This document shows positions 24,449-29,671 of a stretch of DNA of 29,671 nucleotides, in pieces. Made by a program: the position numbers and the translations under genes. The notes beneath the pieces were generated by a model, which saw nothing but the letters and a program-made list of their open reading frames with translations, was not told the origin of the DNA and made no database searches. The number at the start of each line of letters is the position of its first letter. The first letter of the stretch is position 1. Source of the stretch: Azolla caroliniana (Eukaryota > Plantae > Polypodiophyta); assembly GCA_043228905.1 (NCBI GenBank), contig JBHGNT010000385.1:1-29671 (forward strand). Reading direction: 5' to 3'.

Positions 24449-24909
24449 TGTCATGATATGGCAAGACTCAAACCCATGACCTTATGTTATATGGGTCGAG
24501 CTCTTGACCATTATACCATCTATTGTAATACGTAGGACATTATTTTCATTTAAGTTTTATTATAAGAAATTAATGTATATTCCAGATTTCTCTAGAACAT
24601 TCTATAAGCTTCAGGATTACTCCTGAGAACACTATAAAAGAAGGAACTAGGCATTATTTTGAACCAAATTGGTTCAACGCCGGTCTTAAGCCTCATAGCC
24701 CTTTTGTACTTACTCTTCACATAATATATCATCTGTTATCATCATCTCTCTCTCTCTCATCCTCTCTCTCTCGTCCTTGCCATGTCTCTCTCTCTCCTCT
24801 TCTCTCTTTCTCTCTCTCGGGAGTCTTACGCAGTCCCGTCCTCTTAGTACTAATAGTACTTCCCTTCTCTAGTACTAATTCTCTCTTTGTTTTAGTACTA
24901 TTCCTGACA
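24449..24909 (+). repeat. 5' LTR of D (461 bp)
   Basis: TGTCATGA...TCCTGACA termini and TATAAAA at 24633; homologous to 7325-7783. Confidence 0.88.
24464..24518 (-). promoter_or_regulatory. tRNA-like A-box/B-box module in D LTR
   Basis: Minus strand: TGGTATAATGG and GGTTTGAGTCT, starts 44 nt apart. The sister copy has TAGTCTAATGG (7709) and GGTTCGAGTCT (7758). Confidence 0.62.
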
Positions 24910-24978
24910 GTTTCAACCAATTTTCCCTCTCTAGTTTTTCTTTTGGTTTCCCTCATCCTCTTATCCTTTTTCTTTACA

Positions 24979-25661
24979 ATGGCTTTTGTTAGCGCCCACG
25001 AATACCAATCTGTTTTCTCCGAGCTACAGTGTCTAAAAGAAAAATTGGTTGCCTTGGAACAAGAAAACCAACGGTTGTTAGGGGATCTTCAACAAATCAC
25101 CCTAGAAAAACAGCAAACGTAGCAACAACATGGGGAATTGCAACAGCAACATGGGGAGTTAGCATTACATGTGCAACAACTTGAAGCAGCATTGCAACAA
25201 GGATCAAGTCCCCAAGGATTTCATAAAGAGCCCAAGAGTGGACTTCTTCTGAAAACCGCATTTTCGAACAGCGTTCGGAACATCAATTACAAATACCACG
25301 CCCTAGGCCAGAGCCCACATATGCCTTAGTCGCGGCTAAGCCGTTTGCACGAGAAATATCTCAAGCAAATACTCCGACACCGATGGAGATCGACACCATG
25401 CGTGGACGTGGCCCGTTATCGGAAGAAGAAAAGCAACGACGACGTGCAAATCGATTATGTCTTTATTGCGGTGGACTAGGGCATATCGCAATCAACTGTC
25501 CCCATAGGCCAAGAAGACTGGTAAATCAAATCGTAGCCTATACTAAACCCGAGTCAATTCTTCCCTTAGGCGTGTCTAATAGTATTAATAGTACTACTAG
25601 CCCAAGTATCTCAAACAAATTTGAAATCCTTAGTCAATTAGATGAAGAGTTAAACGACTGA
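24979..25661 (+). pseudogene. gag: Gag of D with internal deletion
   Basis: N-terminal coiled coil, KEPK, then a frame jump to PTPMEID..EEKQRRR.NRLCLYCGGLGHIAINC. Confidence 0.85.
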
Positions 25662-25700
25662 GTCCAACCAAAATAGGAGTCGTTTGGTTGGACAGCCCTA
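25649..25700 (+). promoter_or_regulatory. Putative -1 ribosomal frameshift signal
   Basis: G TTA AAC in the gag frame, a 6-nt spacer and a perfect 11-bp stem. Pol is open in the -1 frame from this point. Confidence 0.75.
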
Positions 25701-26504
25701 GATTTGTACAACCCATTAGTGGTTCCATTCCCTCCAAGCAAGTTAGCAATGTGTTCCTAGCCCAAGTCATGTTTAGTACTAAAAGTACTCCTCCAGTACA
25801 CGTCCTAGCACTTTTAGATTCTGGAGCCAATTCCTGTTTCATGGATCGAAATTTTGCCCAAGTTTCTCAAATATCCTTAAGAAAACTTCCTTGGCCCACA
25901 TCTGTAGTAGTCATTGATGGTCATCCCATTGCTTCCGGGAATATTGTACAAGAGTCAGAACCCATTCAGGTTGTCCTAGGTAGTTTTGTGTGTGTAGTAT
26001 CATTCAATATAATTAGTAGTCTAGAGCATCCCATTGTCCTTGGATTACCTTGGTTTGAATTACATAATCCAGACATAGATTGGAGAACAAGAGAAGTCCG
26101 ATATCAACAACCCCAAGAATCCACTCATCCAGTTTCGACCATTTCACTACGTCAACTACGCGAAGAAGGACACAAGGAGGCAATGTTCCTATTTGCAATA
26201 TCAGTACATCCTTCCAGCAATATTAAGGAGGAATCCTTAGTACAACTTCCGAAGAAATATCATCCTTATGCCGATGTATTTGACAAGGTAAAAGCCGGTA
26301 CTCTTCCTCATCATCGTCCCTACGGTTGTCCCATCAATTTACAACCAGGAGCAAAGCCACCATGGGGACCAATCTACAACTTGTCACTAACCGAGTTAGA
26401 AGTCCTTCGGGCCTACATAGAGGAGAACTTGGCAAGCGAGTTTATTCGTCATTGGAAATCTCCGGCCGGTGCACCCATCTTCTTTTTCAAGAAGAAAGAT
26501 GGTT

Positions 26505-26799
26505 GGGTGAAAGCATGGGAATGGGAACAATTGGTTGTCCTTGACATAGCTAATTAGCTATCTAAAAAGCTACATGTAATCTGTATATTTTGGCAAATTT
26601 AGGGATGATTAGAATTTGATCTCAGAAAAAGACTAGCTAAACGGTGGACCATAAATGGTAATATTTCCATCTCCATAATAAATGGTACGTATCTTTAAGA
26701 TCTTCCTACTAAAAATTAGCTATAAAGAAAACTATTTAGCTGTGGTCATTTTAGCAGCTAAATAGCTATAATAGTGTTTCCATTCGCATGCTTTCACCC
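26505..26799. mobile_element. MITE-like TIR element (~295 bp)
   Basis: GGGTGAAAGCATGGGAATGGGAACA...TGTTTCCATTCGCATGCTTTCACCC with 2 mismatches. AT-rich and non-coding; splits the RT motif KDG|SLRL. Confidence 0.9.
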
Positions 26800-27018
26800 A
26801 GCTCACTTCGTCTCGTTGTTGATTACCGCAGCTTGAATAAAGTCACGATCCGGAATAGGTATGCACTTCCTCTTATATCGTCTTTTAGAGTGAGTTAATG
26901 CTGCCAAGTTTTTTACAAAAATCGATCTACAAGGAGCATATAACCTTGTGCGGATCCGATCGGGAGATGAATGGAAGACCGCCTTTCGTACGCGGTATGG
27001 GCATTTCGAGTATACCGT

Positions 27019-28082
27019 TGTCATGAAGATCCATCACTAGGCGCGGATCGCGAGGCGGAACCGCCAGGGTTCTGGACCGGAAAGATCGAAGTTCGCACCA
27101 AGCTTAGCGAGAAAGTATTTAGGATAGATTGAGAGAGAGAAAGAGATTAAGATTAAACGCTTGACTTAGATTGAGAAAGATTGATATGGCCAAGAGAGAG
27201 ATATTGAGATTAAGATTTTAACTCTTGATTTAAGAAACAAGATATATCATCAATGAATTTTCTTCTCATTAATTTCTTAGTTCATACATGGATCCATAAT
27301 ACATTTTCATCCATCCTTTTATAGATGCCTCCATGCATATGATGCATGTTTGCCATTTGGCGCTCGTGTATTTACATGTGGTGCATGATAACCATGTCAC
27401 TCATTTTAGCTCTCATGCATAAGAATTTACATGTAAAAGTACAATGATAGAAATATAATTTCAACTAAATATCTTGGCTTAGTGGTAAGCTAATTGACTC
27501 CTAACTTGGAGGTGCAAGGTTTGAATCCTTACTTGCCCTCCTTGTATATGTATATATATTTATATATTTATTTATCTAGTCATCGGATGCCGGTTTTCGG
27601 CCAGTTCGCCAGATGTTGCCGGTTACCAGTGGCCACTGCCTCGCCGGATGTCGGTTTCGCCGGATCACCGACTCCATCGTCGGTCCGGTTTTGGTTGGCC
27701 AAAACCTTTATGAGTGGTTAGGCCACCTCCACTCTTAGTTCAAGTTACCTTGAACTCTCTATGGTCCACAAATAGACACAAAGATAACATCTTTTGCTCT
27801 ACCTTATATATGATGAGAGCCGTATTTTTCATGCCTATGTGGGATATCTCATAGTTTTCTCTTTTCCTTTCACAAACTTTATACCCTCATATCTTGACAT
27901 CTAGTTGTCCGTTTCTCATGTAATAAAGTGCATTCAAAAGCTCTTGAAGACCTCCATCATTTTGTACTTAGATAGTAAACTTATTTAAAATGTTATCTTC
28001 ACTATTATTGTTTTATGTGATTCATACTCAATTTTGTACGTTTTATGTGATTTTCACACCATTGCCAAAAATCTTCACGACA
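27019..28082 (-). mobile_element. Solo LTR E (1064 bp) in RT of D
   Basis: TGTCATGAAGAT...ATCTTCACGACA termini and decayed 4-bp TSD CCGT/CTAT. Removal restores EYTVM. Minus-strand TATAAAA near 27320. Confidence 0.85.
27475..27528 (+). promoter_or_regulatory. tRNA-like A-box/B-box module in solo LTR E
   Basis: TGGCTTAGTGG (27475) and GGTTTGAATCC (27518), with an AAGG/CCTT T-stem remnant. Confidence 0.68.
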
Positions 28083-28145
28083 CTATTATGTCGTTTGGTC
28101 TAATCAATGCACCCGCAATCTTCCAACGCATGACAAATGATATTG

Positions 28146-28870
28146 TGAAAGTGTTTTTAGAATCTAAGCCATTGAACATTAGGAGAATATAAAGTATAGA
28201 TAATTCACCTTTTGAGGATAAGAACACGAACTAAGACCTTAGGAAAGAAGTCAAAAGTAAAAGTACGAGACCAAGAGAAAAGTAAAAAGAGAAAACGCAG
28301 ACTATAAAAAACAGTAAAAATAGAATGGTCATAACTCCCTCGTTGTTTATCCAAATATCACGTTTAAATATGGATTAGAAAGCTTGTAAAAAGAACTTTC
28401 TATAGCTTTTTAAATCGCTTAATTTGGATATCGGATGAGGGAGATATGACGATTAGAAGGTCGATGTGTCATAGCTAAAAATAGGGAGATAAAAAGCTTC
28501 TAAAAATAGCATGAACGTGGATAAGAAGAGGAAGGTTATAAAAGAAGAAGTGATATTAGTGAGGAGGGGGCGAAGAGTAAAGGAAAAGAGTGGATGAGGA
28601 GTGTTAGGAAGAAGTGTCTTAGAAGAGGAAGGTCTTTGGTTTTAGTTCAATGTGGAGTTTGTCTCCTTTGTATTCTCTTGATGTTGGAATATCAGAACAT
28701 TCTTATTTCTTGCTCGCTTTCTCTATCTTTTTTCTTAGTTTCTTGAGTTATACTCTCTAATCATAATTACCTAGAGCTATATAATATATTATGATTTTCA
28801 ACTCCATCTAATCGGTTTGGTCAAGCCCTCATATAGTGTATAACTATCTATTATCTTATACACCCTATCA
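28146..28870 (+). repeat. 5' LTR of gypsy element F (start at 28144 or 28146)
   Basis: D RT stops at NDI. TG...TATCA termini and TATAAAA near 28537, followed by the PBS and gag. Confidence 0.8.
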
Positions 28871-28873
28871 TTT

Positions 28874-28890
28874 TGGCGCTCCAGGGAGGG
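28874..28890 (+). other. Primer binding site of F (non-Met tRNA, possibly Asn-like)
   Basis: TGGCGCTCCAGGGAGGG 3 nt after the LTR end; complementary to a tRNA-like 3' end CCCTCCCTGGAGCG-CCA. Confidence 0.75.
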
Positions 28891-28958
28891 CGGATCCTTT
28901 CCGTATAGGAGGGAGAACTTATCATTTAATTGTGTTACTATATTACATTAACTTAGCT

Positions 28959-29671
28959 ATGCAATTTGCATTTTCAGGTGAAAGAACACAAGATGCGGGT
29001 GCCTTTTTGGCATCTTTTGAGCATCATGCTGTCTCTATTGGACGCATCACCGACAATGAGAAGTTACCTTTATTGGTAGCTACATTCTATGGTCGAGCTC
29101 GAGATTGGTATGACTCTCTTCCTCCAAACCAACAGGGAGCATATCAATTGTTGGTGCACCAGTTTCGTGCCAAATATATTCAACGACGAAGTGCAACCGA
29201 AGTAAGGGAAGAGCTATTTCGACTAAAGATGGAATCACCAATTGGTTTCACTGAGTATGAAAGAAATTTCAAGGATTTGTGGACTACATGGATTCGTCTT
29301 CGTGGCGGCACTGAAGACGAGTGGTTTAAAATGGAACGATTCAAGATGGGTCTTGATATGTATTTCCGTTTGGAAGCAAACTTGAAGGATCCCACATCGT
29401 TTCAAGCTCTTATCCAAGTTTGTCAAGCTTATGATCGACAAGTGAAGATGATGAGCTCCTTGGGGGATCCCCAAATGACGGCTTTGGGTGCAAATTTGAT
29501 GCCTCGTGCCAACTTTCAAGCCTCATCTTCAATTGTGCATGGGGGACAAGTGTTTCCAAATGTGTATACCACCACAACAATAAACCCAACAAGTATATCC
29601 CAAGAAGTTGAACAAGTGAGGAGTGAACAAGATACCATGGCGTTGGTAAATCGGCGCTTTGATGAAGTGAT
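28959..29671 (+). CDS. gag: Gag of gypsy element F, open to the window edge (missing from the ORF track)
   Basis: Hand translation MQFAFSGERTQDAGAFLASFE...GRARDWYDSLP...FKMGL shows no stop in 237 codons and fits the retrotransposon gag pattern. Confidence 0.85.
   Translation, partial: MQFAFSGERTQDAGAFLASFEHHAVSIGRITDNEKLPLLVATFYGRARDWYDSLPPNQQGAYQLLVHQFRAKYIQRRSATEVREELFRLKMESPIGFTEYERNFKDLWTTWIRLRGGTEDEWFKMERFKMGLDMYFRLEANLKDPTSFQALIQVCQAYDRQVKMMSSLGDPQMTALGANLMPRANFQASSSIVHGGQVFPNVYTTTTINPTSISQEVEQVRSEQDTMALVNRRFDEV

Larger units (their letters stand above)
24449..28143 (+). mobile_element. Ty3/gypsy element D (Tcn1/Sushi-like), 5' part
   Basis: LTR, gag, protease and RT closely resembling G1 pol. 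Interrupted by three insertions. Confidence 0.9.
25655..28143 (+). pseudogene. pol: Pol of D (protease, RT N-half) in three pieces: to ~26503, 26801-27018, 28087-28143
   Basis: LLDSGANSCF, VLGLPWF, KKKDG|[18 protein letters not shown] and GHFEYTV|MSFGLINAPAIFQ. Confidence 0.92.

Noticed and set aside
24729-24956. Arg/Glu-rich ORF
   Set aside because: It is the translation of a CT microsatellite-rich LTR and leader on the opposite strand.
27468-27545. Functional tRNA gene
   Set aside because: A and B boxes are present, but I find no convincing acceptor or anticodon stem. The same holds for the other three modules, and the CCA at 8704-8706 is 3 nt too close to the B box.

Overview
This is plant-type heterochromatin made almost entirely of nested, mostly degenerate transposons. 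I see no host gene, rRNA, intact tRNA or CRISPR. From left to right: (1) the 3' end of a Ty1/copia element (1-2591); (2) a probable DNA-transposon segment carrying a decayed minus-strand gene (2592-4887); (3) chromodomain Ty3/gypsy element G1 (pol ~4889-8642, 3' LTR from 8681), interrupted by an inverted LTR+leader fragment (7189-7783); (4) full-length copia A (9706-20195, TSD TTTAT) containing full-length copia B (11645-17123, TSD GATCG); (5) gypsy C gag-pol (21175-24448) with a solo LTR; (6) Tcn1/Sushi-like gypsy D (from 24449), interrupted by a 0.3-kb TIR element, a 1.06-kb solo LTR and gypsy F, whose gag is still open at the window edge. The most notable signal is in the four TGTCATGA-type gypsy LTRs (three families). 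Each carries an antisense tRNA-like A-box/B-box module in U3, and three also carry heat-shock-element-like arrays before the TATA box. Family D additionally shows Tf1-type self-priming complementarity and a GUUAAAC plus 11-bp-stem -1 frameshift signal. Copia A and B share pol but have divergent Gag capsids and U3 regions. All coordinates and counts were read by hand, so they may be off by a few bases.
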